Assembly (NCBI RefSeq): GCF_026210795.1
Contig: NC_089430.1
Location: forward strand, 1,860,001 to 1,924,000
Direction of reading: 5' to 3'
Length of the DNA: 64,000 bases
Origin: Rhizophagus irregularis
Lineage: Eukaryota
The notes beneath the pieces were generated by a model. The model made no database searches. It had not been told where the DNA came from and saw only the letters and a program-made list of their open reading frames with translations. Positions 26,849-39,739 of this stretch are shown here, piece after piece. Within the stretch, counting starts at the first letter, position 1. Every line of letters begins with the position of its first letter. Both the position numbers and the translations under genes were made by a program.

Positions 26849-26984
26849 CATATCGGCTGATCAGAAAAGCCTCCCATAATTTTATATGCTAAATGACAAT
26901 AAATAACCCATCAGTTTATATATAATGAACCCATCAACTGAGCTTAAATATTAATTGGCTTGATTTTTCCAATCAGCCGATATG
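26849..26984. mobile_element. 136-bp MITE with CATATCGGCTGAT terminal inverted repeats
   Basis: Termini CATATCGGCTGAT / ATCAGCCGATATG. Absent from copy A (empty site CTCACAATAAAATTG at ~14326). TSD unclear, 2 bp or less. Confidence 0.85.
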
Positions 26985-28495
26985 ATAAGTTTGTTTATTT
27001 TTAATATTTTTTACCAAAAACCCATTATTATACCTTTTATAAAATAATAAAATGAGCCTTTTAAGTTGTTTAAAAAATTATATTTTAGAAGAAAAAAATT
27101 TTTTTTATTAAAATTTATTATAACAATTGATAATAAAATTTATGTACTGTATTTTTAATGATAGAGACGTAATAAAAAATCACGTAGTTTGATTGGATAT
27201 ATGTCATGAGATTGCAGATCATTTGTGTGTGGCGGGTGTGGCGGTTATTTTTAATGAACGACGCATCACGCATCAGATACAGTAAATCTGAAAAGCCCCA
27301 ATAATATGAAACATCAATTTCAAAGAGGTACTTAAACGTTAATTTCATGTGAGGAGAGGAAACTTGAATAACAATCTTTCAAGTAAATCTCTTGGAAATT
27401 TAGTTAATCCCTAATGATAACTTAAGGAGAGGATTTTTTACTTTAAAAACATTTCATCTTTTTTTGGATTTTTTTTATAGGAATTGGCTTTTGACTCTTG
27501 AGTGAGTATTAATCAGGGTTGTGGAGATTTTATTTATTTATTTATTTTTTCATTTTAACAACTAACATTTAATACTAATACTATTTTGGAAGTTTCTAGA
27601 TGATATCAGTTTTTTTTTAGATTTTTGAAAACATTATTTTGAATTTATGTTTAGGATAGATGAGAAATTGAAAGTACTTTTATAAAAAAAAATATACATT
27701 ATCTCATTAATTAACACCATACATTAATCTTATAAAAAATCTAATAAAAAATAAAGATAAAAATTGACCTGATACATGGATACGAATCTAAATAGTTTTT
27801 AACAACATAATAATAATAAACATAATTTATTTCACCATAAACATTTTTTTTTTAATGATACATTTTTTAAAGATAATAAATAATATTATTTATTAATTTG
27901 ATAATATTATTTTAATTTTTCATTTATTATTTTTTTTTTAAAAAAATATACAAATACAATATATTCAAAAAATATACTAAATGGTTGATCTAACTCCTCT
28001 ACTCACATACCCTCTCCAACTATTATCATCCACAATGGTTTTGATCTAGTATTGCAGAAATATTTTCAACCAGCAATTTTAATTAAATAGCACCAATTGA
28101 TAAATCCGCTTTTAAACCAGAATCAGATGATATGAACGTCTTGACTCTTGAATTAATGGCTGCAAACCCCTTACCAACCTAATTAATAAAATGTGAATTT
28201 AAATATAATAAAGTATTAATATTTTTAATAAATTTTCCAAATAAAATACTGTATAAACGTGGTAAAATGCACTCTAAAGCATCATAAATTCTTTTCTAGT
28301 CATCACACACGTCATGTGAAAAAATTCAATTAAATTTGATCAGTTACACATGAACCTTTGCCTTTTACGCCGATCACAATCAAAAAAGAAAAAACAAACT
28401 TTTGTTTCACCAAAGAAATAACGAAGTATTGAATTAATAGACTTATGACATTGAAATAGGGTAAACGTTGAATTAGAAGCATTAGATTCATAGTT

Positions 28496-28623
28496 GTTAG
28501 GGTTAGGTTAGGATTAGGATTGGGTTAGATTAACATAAGTTTAGGATTAGGACTAGGGTTAGTTTAGGAGGGTCAGTCCAGGATTAGGATTAAGGTTAGG
28601 ATTAAGGTTAGGTTGGTTTAGTT
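28496..28623 (+). repeat. Degenerate interstitial telomere-like (TTAGG[G/A])n tract
   Basis: TTAGGGTTAGGTTAGGATTAGGATTGGGTTAG...ATTAGGATTAAGGTTAGGATTAAGGTTAGG. Confidence 0.8.
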
Positions 28624-30258
28624 AAAATTCGAAAGTTCAAAATGATGCTCTAACTCAATTATCTTGTTAATTTTGTAGATACGAAGTACAAATTTGCGTT
28701 GAAACTGTTGCAAAAATAAATAATTTTTATCTGCCTCATACGAACCTGTCAAACTACTCGCAAGAATTTATTTGGTAGATTTTTCTATTACGTTACTGGT
28801 ACTCTGCCGCCAAATTTCTTAGGTTAACTGCTTTTCTCCTACTATCTACCGGCTTTGTGGTAGTCGTTATTATAATGTCGACAAAATGTTAACGGGTGAC
28901 CCACTGGTATCTATGGCGATATATGATAATGTATATTTACCATTTATTCTTTTTTGCTCGGTTAACATTACTCCTATACAAATTTTAGGAGCCTACTACT
29001 ATGACGATCTGATAATGTGGGTAGAACTCAGTCTCTTGCTAATTTATCTAATTATTTGATAATATTATTATGGGAAAGAAACCTCAACTGAGACATTGCA
29101 TACTGTTTAATGACACATTGTTCGCAAGGCCGAAAGACAAGATCGGGGGTCTACAATTTCGATCTTAGTAACAATATATTTTTAGTTTTTATTGGAGATT
29201 TCAACGACGTTGATAAAAGTCGCTCATTTTTTCAAGGAACCGCACATAGTGACATAGGAATGCAATTGACCGAACTATATTCACATATGAAGAAACCAGA
29301 TACAAAGAATTAAATGGAGGTAAAGTCCACCGTTGCTACTGAATAAATCACGTTGGTGGTCTTAGTTCCGAAATAAATACAGAAACAAATAATATAGTTG
29401 TCATTGCACCGGCTGGCGTCATATTAGCTACCCCTTGATCTGACTACATTTTTCGGAAACATCGGTGGTTTCCTTACTATTTGTGGCGTTTACCGCTTTC
29501 TCTTTGGCAGTGGGATGATGAACCATTCGGGTTTGTGACTGAGTATTGCTTTCAATATAGGGATTTGGATAATACGTCGGATAAAGTTGGTAATGATGTA
29601 GAAAAAGGCGATGATGATAAGGATAGTGAACTAACTGGAAGCGAAATTCGAAACTCTGTTTAGAAAATACTATGTTGACATGGAATATTTTGAATCAAAA
29701 AATTAATCCTTTTTGAGTCATTAAATTAAATATACAGTACTTTTATTTTTATATTCAATTTTTTAATGGATTGTAATGCATATACTGTATTATATAGCTA
29801 GTGTACGCTATACAAAAAAATGTCTTGGCTTACTAAGTAAAGTTATATAATAGGCAAAAAATACACAATAGTAAATAGTTTTTAAAGGCTCTATAATAGG
29901 TACATCAAAGGTGCGCTATGGTTAATTCAAAAAATTCGTTAATAAAAGATTTGAACATCGAAGTATGCAAAATATGCTATTAACGCTATTTTTTTTTAAA
30001 AAAAAAAAAAATATTGCTGTTTGCTTATTGCTTCTTTTAATCATTGGAATAAAAGAGCTCTCCTGTGGCGCCCTTATTACATAAATTTCAACAATTTTTT
30101 TTTTTATATTACGATTCCTTACTTAAAAATTAACAAAAGCTATTTGTTATTCAGCATCAAAAATTCATCCAGTGGTCAAGGATATGATCTTGTGCATAAT
30201 AATTAATTTATTTTATTATTTGGATTTGGTGTTTTATTTTACGTTCCATTATGAACGG

Positions 30259-30482
30259 AGGACCCAGAAATATATATAAAAGGGTCAGGTTTGAGTTTGC
30301 GTATTTTGAACTAAAAAAATCATGAAAATCTTTCCTTTTTTAGATAATTTCTGATAATGCCGGTCAGAATTTTATTTCCTATTATAGTATCCGACTGATA
30401 TTATCATAATTCCGGCCCTGAAAAAATGCGTACAAAAAATTTTTTTCATCACCTGACCCCTATATATATATTTCTGGGTCCT
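30259..30482. mobile_element. MITE family A, second copy, 224 bp, 8-bp TSD
   Basis: Termini AGGACCCAGAAATATATATAAAAGGGTCAGGT / ACCTGACCCCTATATATATATTTCTGGGTCCT. TSD ATGAACGG. Internal similarity to 6864-7076 (AATTCCGGCCCTGAAA). Confidence 0.93.
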
Positions 30483-31593
30483 ATGAACGGCTTAACTGTT
30501 AAGTTAAACTCTTGCCAACATGACGTAATTCAAATACGTGATTTACTGCGTAATGACAACGATCGCTCTTCGCAACTCCCGCAGCGAGTCTCATTCAAGG
30601 AAACGTTAATGGCTAGTTCTAAAGGTATAACCTTCAGATTTTTTTAGTTTTCTTTAACGGAATATTTATTAAATCGACATTTCATTCATTCTTTTTAGGT
30701 TCTGATGTCTCAAAGTACTAAACGAATGAAGTTAGATTTTTTTTTTTATTTTTTTTTAAATTTAAAAAGTTAATGTTTTCTTTTTTTTCTTTTTTTTTTG
30801 TAGGGATACCAATTTGGGCTTCTTGGATGAGCTTGAGAGGTAACCAAACTTCCAAAACTTGTAATTTTATTTTTTTGGAAGTGTTTACTAACACTTTTTT
30901 TTGTAGTTTCTCTTGAAACAGCACTTTGGAAGGACATATAATCGGCGTTTCCCAATGGCTAATTTTCCAAATTTGTGGTCCATATTGCACTAATCATTCT
31001 CGTATTAAATTTGTCCATAGATCTAGGTATTTAGATTCATAATAAGCAAATAAATAAAAATAAAAAAATTAAACTAGGAAACAGGAACTTTGTTGGAGCG
31101 TCCGCCGTCCGAAGCATTTCTAGTCACATGATCATCATTTACATATTACAAAAAATTAAAGTCTACAAAAATATGTATTGCTAAAGTTAAAAAAAAAATG
31201 TACTGCAAAAAAAATTATAATTAAAAAATTTATCACCAAGTTATAGTTAAAAATATTAAAAAATATATAGTTATATAATCTAGTTAAATTCGTTGACATT
31301 TGATAAAAAAAAAATTTTCACACAAAAAAGCATTTTGTTTCAATTTTTGTTTAAGATGCGATTTAAAAAATCATACTTTATTTTAACAAATTTTTAGAAG
31401 CAACTAATTTATTAACACTTTAGAAAGCCAACAATATTTATTATTGAATTTTATTATAACAATGAATAATTTAGGAAGTTTATGTAAAACATAAAATACA
31501 TTTATTTAATTCTTATAATTGATTACAAACTGGTCCATTTAATACTATCTATAATTCCAGTGATCAAATTATAAAACTAACATAATATTTAAA

Positions 31594-32372
31594 TTATTTT
31601 TCATGTTTTTCTTCTAATAATTTCTCTAATTTCCCTAATTTCCCTTCTAACATATCAAATTTCTTATCATAAGATTTTAATTTATCAAATATTACCTCAT
31701 TGTCAATAGTGTTATATTTAATTTGAAGTTTTTCAAATAAATCTTCCCGTAATTCTGTGAATTCCTTTGTATCCCATTCACCCTCTTTAATCAATCTTTT
31801 AATTTCTATTCGAGTCTTATCAACATCGGCATAATAATATCTTGAAAAATAAATTTAAATAATTAATAAATAATGTCACTAAATTTTTTTAAAAAAGTAA
31901 AATTACATACATTACTTCAGGAAACCATAATAGGTAAAATAACTCAATCTCAGCCAAAATCTAAAAGTTGAGATATATTAGTATATTTATAGAAATGGGA
32001 TGATTAATAATATTATTATTTACCTCTGCCTTCGGCATCAAATATGAGACTCTATTATTATCTTCTTCAATTGCATTGCTGAGTAATCCAATTAACAAGT
32101 TCATAAGATATATAACAATTAAAAGGGAAAATAAAACAATCAATACTGCAATTGATGGATTTTCTGTATATGTCCAATTGGATAATGCACTTGAATCACC
32201 TATTTATAAGAAGAATTGCTTAAATATATTAGAAAATATTATGTATATTCACATAATTATGAAAAATTTAATATACCTATTAAAAATAAATATATAGCAA
32301 AAAGGGAAGTTTTAATATCCATAAACATGTTTGTATTTCCATCAGAAATTTGAATCATAAGTGGATTGGAAT
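31594..32372 (-). pseudogene. 3' fragment of a TRP-like ion-transport channel gene
   Basis: Spliced pieces NMFMDIKTSLFAIYLFLIG | DSSALSNWTYTENPSIAVLIVLFSLLIVIYLMNLLIGLLSNAIEED | ILAEIELFYLLWFPEV | YYYADVDKTRIEIK match a pore/S6/TRP-box-like region. The 5' part of the gene is missing. Confidence 0.75.
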
Positions 32373-32375
32373 TTA

Positions 32376-32792
32376 TTAAAACAATACCTCAATTAGAAAT
32401 ATTAGAAATTCATTATCACGAGTGACATAATTTAAACATTTTTTTAGATCAAATTTCATTCTTGAATGGCGAGATAGATATCTTACTGTATAATTTCCAT
32501 CAATATTTGTTACTAAATATATTGTACATGAGTTACCCTTACTTACATCTTCAATATTTTCAAATCGATAATATGGTACCAATTCAACTATATCATTATC
32601 CCTTACATTAATTTTTAATTGCATTTCTTGAACGAAATTATCAATCATTTCATTCTTACTGGTCCATTTACTATTATTAATATATATTACGCAATGTTTA
32701 CTCTTTACATTTTTTTTATTTGTATATTTATTACCACAATTTTTACATATATTTTTATTCGCTTTATTAGATGAACTGTTTTCGGATGACAT
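32376..32792 (-). pseudogene. Isolated first exon of a TKL-type kinase gene
   Basis: CKNCG...WTSKNEMIDNFVQEMQLK...VELVPYYRFENIEDV resembles exon 1 of the kinases at 36175 and 42642. The Gly-loop is degenerate and no catalytic exon follows. Confidence 0.7.
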
Positions 32793-33602
32793 CTTAAATA
32801 CTTAAAAAAAGTTTTAACGAGAAACACATTATATATATGAGTTATTCTTTGGCGCAGTTCTTTTTTATTCATGTGAATTTTACTTTAAGCCGCTATTAAA
32901 AAAAAGTTAGGCCAAAAATCACAATTAGCTAATATTTTCGTAAATTGCGCCAAATATTGATCATCACAAAATATTCTAGTATATATATGGGACCTGATCT
33001 AGGTTAGAGAATTTCTTTCAAAATTGAGATTTTTATTGCATTATACTTTTTTGATATGACTAGATTAAAATACAATAACTTAAACTTTAGCCCTCCAAAA
33101 TAATATGATTATTTAGTTATTATTTTTCCCAGAAATATTACGACTTTCGCTTTTACATAGTGTCAGAATATCAGGTTTATTGAATATATTGGATATATTA
33201 TTGATTAGATTGCCGACATTTCTGTTGAGAATATTCTTTTTTTTTTTTAAGATAAAGAAGATATCACAGGAATTAATGGCTGGACAATATGCCATTATGT
33301 GTCATTGTTGTCACGCTTGTGCAATTTTACGCTGATCACAACATTTGATGTTCTCAGAATGTTCATTGCCCGTACATTATGATGTACATTATTTTAAAGA
33401 TAATAAACATTATACTAATATTTATTTATTACTATTATAATAATAGTATTTTCATTTATGTATTAATTAAAATGTATAAAAAAATGTATTATTATCACGC
33501 TATTTTACTAATATAAAAAAGCCTAATACTGTAGTTGAATAATTCGTTCAAAATAAAATATTAATTGACCGATTTTCTTACCAATAAAATCTGTAAAATA
33601 GT

Positions 33603-36175
33603 TTAAAATCCATCTAAAGAAAATAAATAAATTAGTAAATAAAAAAATTTATTATTTTATTATTAATAATATTAAAGAATAGATGAACCATCAGGAATTT
33701 CAAATTTATCTTGTTCCTCTGAGTGAAGATTTGGATTATTATATACTTCTTCATCATCTATAAAAACAAAGGTAAAATAATATTAATTTATTATCTAAAA
33801 AGAAGCTTAGTAAATGTTTTGCTTACCTTCATTATTGACATTTTGTGTTATCACTGTTTTTTTATTATAATCATTTTGATTATCTGCGATTATTAAAATT
33901 ATTTAAAACAAATCAGATTTAATAAAATATTATCTTATTATAAATTGAATTATAATTGATTTATTAAATTTTACTTACCATTTTTTGAACTAATCTGTAA
34001 TTTTTTAAATACTTTGGATAATTTTTTACTATTACTATCTAAATTAAAATATTAATTAGTAAATATTATATATAATGAAAAAATTTATTTCTCACCCCCC
34101 TGAATTTAATATATAAAAATGACGTCATGCTGATCATTTGCGGATCATTTCCAAAAAGGAACAATGTAATTAATGTAATATTGACGAAAAAAATTTTTAA
34201 AAAATAAAACTTAATATAAGCTTCGTATAGCCTTCAAAATTATAGTTTATAGGTAATTTTGACTGCTTTACAAATTTACTTAATACCTTAACTCCATTTT
34301 TGTCATTTTTGACAATTTATGACTTGGGAGGTGAGGAATAAATTCACCCTTATATAATATTCATTTTATTTTTTAAAAATTAATAATAAATTACCTTTAA
34401 TAATACTACTTATTTTTGATGTGTTATTATTATTATTCTGATCACTTGATTTGCCAAAATCACTAACTAAAAATGAAACAATTATTAGTAAATGATGTAA
34501 ATATTCATTATAATTTTTAATAATTACTTACTATTATAAGGAATACTAAAATCATATGATTTACTATGAAATGCTATTAATAGAGATGGTTTTTATTAAA
34601 GATTTTATAAATAAAGCTAAAAAAGTCAATTTATATTACCTTCTTGTTCTTCTGTTATTACATAAATTGGAGAGAATGATATTATTATAAATACTAGAAA
34701 AAATATCATATATCCAATATAAATTATTATATAATTAATTACCTTCAGTTGCATTTTTTGGTTCAGGAAGTTTTTCAAATTTATGAATTTTACTTGTAAA
34801 TAGTTTACTACCTCTATTAATTATTTCTTTATTTATTTTTAATTTTAGTTGAGGTAATTCATTTGGTTTGTTTTGATAATATGACATAATATCATTCATT
34901 TTATTTCTAAGTGTATCAATATCAGGTCTTTTTAATGGATCAGCATCCCAACATTGTTCCATTAAACTTTTATATCCTGAAGGAATTTCTGGTATAATTT
35001 TTGGTCTTATACCATTAATAATATTAATTGCAAGATTACAATCATGTTCATAATTCATAAATGGTGGTTGTCCAGATGAAATTTCCCACATAAGCATTGC
35101 AATACTATAGATATCAGATTTAAAAGTACATTCTTTTCCATTAAAAACTTCAGGAGCTATGTAAGGAAGATTTCCATATATACATGTTGATGATTTATTT
35201 GCAGGACCACAAAAACCAAAATCACTAATATACCAATTATCATTAAACTGTGAATATAATATATTTCCAGAATGCAAATCTCTATGAATTGAATTCTCTT
35301 CATGAATATTATAAAGTGCATTAATTGTTAAAAAAGCAATTTTAATTCTTTCTTTCCATGTAAGTTGATTATGATTTTGCAAATATTCTCTCAAATTTAC
35401 ATCCTTTTTTCTCATGACAAGCATATAATTTCCATTTGATAGATTTTGTGTTAAACCAAAACATTGAACAATCTCTGCATATTTGTTGCTTATTGTTAAA
35501 TGCGATTTAGCCTATAAAAAATGATTTAAATTTTAGTTTCTTATAAATAAAAAAAAAATATCTTAAATTCTTTTAGTTACAAACCTCTTCAAACCAACTT
35601 TGACTTGCACTTTCAACATTTTCTAATTGTTTAAGTATTACTTTAATAGTTCCAAACCTTATTAATTTTCGTTCTTTAGAATCCCATTCATCATATCTTC
35701 CACCAATCCAATCTGCTGTATAAATTTTAGAGAAACCACCTCTCGTTAGATATTCAATATTTTGTAAATTATTATATGGAATCCATTCAACAATTTTACT
35801 TGGCATAATTGTTTTCATTTGAAGATTTTTTATTAAATTATCAATATTATTATTTCCAGATATCCAATTTGAAAAATTATCTTTTAAATAATTTTGAACA
35901 CAATATTCACAATATAACGTAGCTAAACATTTTTGGTTACAATTCTCACAAATTCTTCTTATTCCTGAATTATACTTAATTTTATCTCGGTCATAATCTT
36001 CAATATTTAATCTTATTGCTTCAGTTTTTTCTTCTTCTGTAAGAGAATTATCAGCAAGAATTGTTTGTTGCATAAATTCATATTGTTCATGAAAACCTTT
36101 GTGAATATTATAATCAATTAATGTATATGCTCTATTAATTGCTGCATTTATTAGTTCTTCTCGAATAGTGGACAT
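33603..36175 (-). CDS. Tyrosine-kinase-like (TKL) protein kinase with multiple C-terminal micro-exons
   Basis: Exon 1 is 36175-35585 (CENC..CEYC, WISGNNNIDNLI, RGGFSKIY, VILK). Exon 2 starts at 35511 (HRDLHSGNIL, DFG, PYIAPE, CWDADPLKRP). Short exons continue to NNPNLHSEEQDKFEIPD|DGF*. Tail exon boundaries are approximate. Confidence 0.88.
34078..34349. mobile_element. Degenerate TIR MITE inside a kinase intron
   Basis: AATTTATTTCTCACCCCCCTG (34081) is an imperfect inverted repeat of CTTGGGAGGTGAGGAATAAATT (~34323). TATATAAT lies on both flanks. Confidence 0.6.
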
Positions 36176-36637
36176 AATTATTATAAAGTGTGTTTAATAA
36201 TTTGTTAGAAAAAATAAGGTTTTTTTTTACAAATTTTGTCGCTTATGGTCGCAAGTTAAACAAATCAAATGTTGTGACTACTGATTTACCTTTAGTTGTA
36301 ACAGTTGTGATACCATATTAACTATTGCATAAATAATATAAATAATGAAAATGCTACAAATAAGAAATATTCTTTTTAGTAACTGGTAAATGCCGTTATT
36401 AGTTTATGATTATACAATATATACCTTATACAAAATAGAATATATTATCATATTAATAACTGTTAAAATAAATTTTTGTTTCTAAACTGAGGTCATCAAC
36501 CGACAATCTAGAATTTTATTTTCATACAATTTATAAAAATTATGAAGGAACTAATAATTGTTATAGTCTAGTATGGATAATATAAAAAAAGGAAAAAAAA
36601 ACTTGAGGGTTTATTGCCGTTTTAAAAAATGTTGACT

Positions 36638-37211
36638 CAGTGTGTCGATCATTTCTACAAAACGAATGCCGTGAACACATAAAAAATTATGCGAACTTGA
36701 AGTATGTATGCATAGTTTTATATAAAAACTACTTTGTCATTTTTAAATATGAAAAAAAATTGAAACGGACACAACCGAATACACCGAACACACTGAACAC
36801 AAGTGAGCGCAAGTGAGCACAGGCAAATATTTTATGGATATTGTACAGTGTTATATTTATATTGGTTAACGTCGTTAACCAACATAAATACCACCATACA
36901 ATATCTATATTATCGTACGGCTAATTCAGGTCATGCTCAAATAAACTATCACTATTCAATATAATACACAAATAAACTATTGACACCAATATTGTACGAT
37001 AATGAAAATATTGGTCAAATAAAATCAGCATGATCCTATAGGGCCGTGCGATAAAAGTGAGTACATAATATGTGAATAATATAATTTTTATACATTTTCT
37101 TATGCACACTACCTAAAATATATTACTAAAGTTTTATTTTTTGTTTTATAAAGGAAAAAAAAAATTCCCAATGTGTTTGGTGCATTCGATTTGTAGAAAT
37201 GATCAACACTG
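36638..37211. mobile_element. Non-autonomous TIR element with CAGTG termini
   Basis: Termini CAGTGTGTCGATCATTTCTACAAAACGAATGC / GCATTCGATTTGTAGAAATGATCAACACTG. Internal GAACACAC-like repeats at ~36770-36820. No clear TSD. Confidence 0.8.
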
Positions 37212-38645
37212 ATAATTATTTGAGAAATTAAATTTAAAACTTGCAGAGGGAATTTATGATAATTTATAAAAACGTTAGATATAAAGAATATGACAGTGTA
37301 TTTAAGTTAGGATGGTACGTAATTTATTTTAATTTTGACTAGTTTTTATTTTTTTATTTTTTTTTTAAAAAAAAAATACATTGGCGACCATACCAGTGCG
37401 ACCCATAAATCATGTGATGAACATTAGCCAATTAAATTCATTTTAATGTTGTCTTATTGTCTTCATTGTCATTTAATTTTGAAATCACTTTCTAAAATAC
37501 TTTAAAAACAAATATAAATTTTTTAAATATAGATAATATAGGCAAATATTATAGTTTACATATATTTCAAAGTAGATTTCTTTCTAATTTGGTTAATGAA
37601 GATGCGAACCAACTAGTATCATCACTTAATTTATTATATTATCCAATAAAAATTAAGTAAATGATCACGTGGTCAGGTCGTCAGGTCACCAACCAATTAT
37701 ATAGGATGAAAAATGGAATAATCAACTAGTAATCAACTTTAGAACATTTAAGAAGTGAAGTAGTTATTAGAAGCTACCAGAAAAGACAAGTACTATACTT
37801 TAATATTTTGGTTTTATTTTATTTTTTATTTATTTACTATTTTTAAAATTATTTAAAATAACGTTTAAAATTTTTATTTATATTATTTATATAGAGTTAT
37901 TAGAAGCTAACTTTGCAGATAACTATAATTTGTTTAGGTTTTCGCTATCAACCCGCAATAATTTATTATCCAACACGTAGTGACATGGTATCAGATGATC
38001 TCGTGAAACTACAATCGTAAAATACTAAAATAATAGTCTTAAATAGGTGGGTATATAAACTCTTTCCGACGATCTTTTGTACCAATTTTTTAGCGGAAGA
38101 AATATTCAACAAAAATACAAATTATTATACAAATTATATATAAACATGTCAAAAAATCAAAAAACACAGATATAATGTCGGAAAAACAACTTATAATAGA
38201 GTTCTATCGAGAGTTTGATGATTTGAGAAGAGATATTTGCAACGTACTTACGATATGCTGAAGACAAAGGAGTTTCAAGAGTTTACCAAAAAGACTACAG
38301 GCACCTGGGATATAATATCAGAAGTATTTTCACACGATATACGTAGGCCATTCTCAAACCAAATAATGAATATTATAAATTTTATAATAAGGTGGAGTGC
38401 ACATATCTTGACCATCATGCTTACAAAGAAAAAATACGTGGCGTTACCTCTTATCAGCGTTTCCACGTTCAGGATCAATTGACCATTTTTTTACACATCG
38501 ACAAATATAATGTTGGAAGCTGTTGGTAACTCATTCAAAATCACAATTTAAGAAATGTTTATTTCATGTTAAATTATTAAGATATAGACATATTATTTGT
38601 TCCTATTTACATTATACCCGAGTTTGAAACGAAGCACTCAACGAT

Positions 38646-39058
38646 GCAAAAATTACGTTCTTGACCTTCCTCGTATTACTTTCTTGACCAGGTCAAAATA
38701 TGCATGATTATGTATGATAAAAATGTTCCTTTCTTGACCTGAAACATGATATGTGATAAACAAAAAAGAAATATTTTATTTTTATCATATTTATATTTGC
38801 GTCCTTTAATACTTTTTTATTTCTAGCTACAATATTGATAAATTAAAAAATTTTATTTTAATTACAAAAGATAGCCAATAAATAGATTACATTTAAGATA
38901 AGTACATTAATTAGGTAATAAATACTAAACACAACCGCATAAAACTAAATATTAAAATAAAAAGAAAATAATAATAAATTATTTTGTCATTAATCATTAT
39001 TTGACCGGGTCAAGAAAGTAATAAGTAATACGAAGAGGGTCAAGAACGTAATTTTTGC
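38646..39058. mobile_element. MITE with ~50-bp TIRs and 9-bp TSD (MULE- or Merlin-like)
   Basis: Termini GCAAAAATTACGTTCTTGACC...GGTCAAA / TTTGACC...GGTCAAGAACGTAATTTTTGC. Perfect flanking direct repeat CTCAACGAT at 38637-38645 and 39059-39067. Confidence 0.9.
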
Positions 39059-39399
39059 CTCAACGATAGACACTTCATTTTATTATTATTATTTTTATTA
39101 TTATATAAAAAATATTATCCTGTATAAAAGATAACTATTTAAATTTAAATACTGTAAATTGTATATGTTTAATACACAAACAATTCCTTAAAATATCACA
39201 TGACGCGATAACAATTATTGATAAAACTATGACATTAAAGGCGCAGTACTGTAGTGCTGTAATGAATCATTGCATATACATAATATACTATTGCATAAAT
39301 CATGACTTCATAGGGGTATTGCTATTAAAATAAAAATATAATGTATTAAGACCAAATTCAATCAAACACAACGTTGCAAAAGACAATAATAATAAATAT

Positions 39400-39739
39400 T
39401 CACATGATCTTGATCTTGAGATTTTCTTCCGAATCTTATTAATCGAACATATAATGTTCAACGTTGGTCCTAATTTCACACCTCAACTTTCGAGTTTTTC
39501 TTCCGTTAATAAAAGGAACGTTCGCCCGATTATTTATGATATTTGAGAACATCGAAGTCATCATCTGTCAATCCTAAATTTGATTCTTTTAATCTGTGTA
39601 TCAAGTCACTTGTTTTCGATATGTTTTCAAGTTCCTCAGTGGATGGTATGGAAGGAAGGAAGGTCTGGGGGGAAGAAATTATTGTTTCATGGTTTTTCAT
39701 TTCCATTTCCGTATCTTCTTGTCTAGAATAATTTTCCAT
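39400..39739 (-). pseudogene. SAM-like domain pseudogene
   Basis: LGLTDDDFDVLKYHK, then a frameshift to IGRTFLLLTEEKLES*GVKLGPTLNII. This is a SAM-like pattern with one frameshift and one stop. Confidence 0.65.

Larger units (their letters stand above)
19400..27308. repeat. Segmental duplication, copy B
   Basis: Direct-orientation paralogue of 6399-14780, including the whole sacsin-BTB gene and its flanks. Confidence 0.95.

Noticed and set aside
28860..29663. GC-richer stretch with short ORFs (29110-29313, 29481-29663)
   Set aside because: Probably a decayed gene, but there is no continuous frame or recognisable motif, so it cannot be named.
38147..38600. Broken coding-like sequence (ORFs 38237-38482 and 38275-38478)
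   Set aside because: Stops and frameshifts with no identifiable family.
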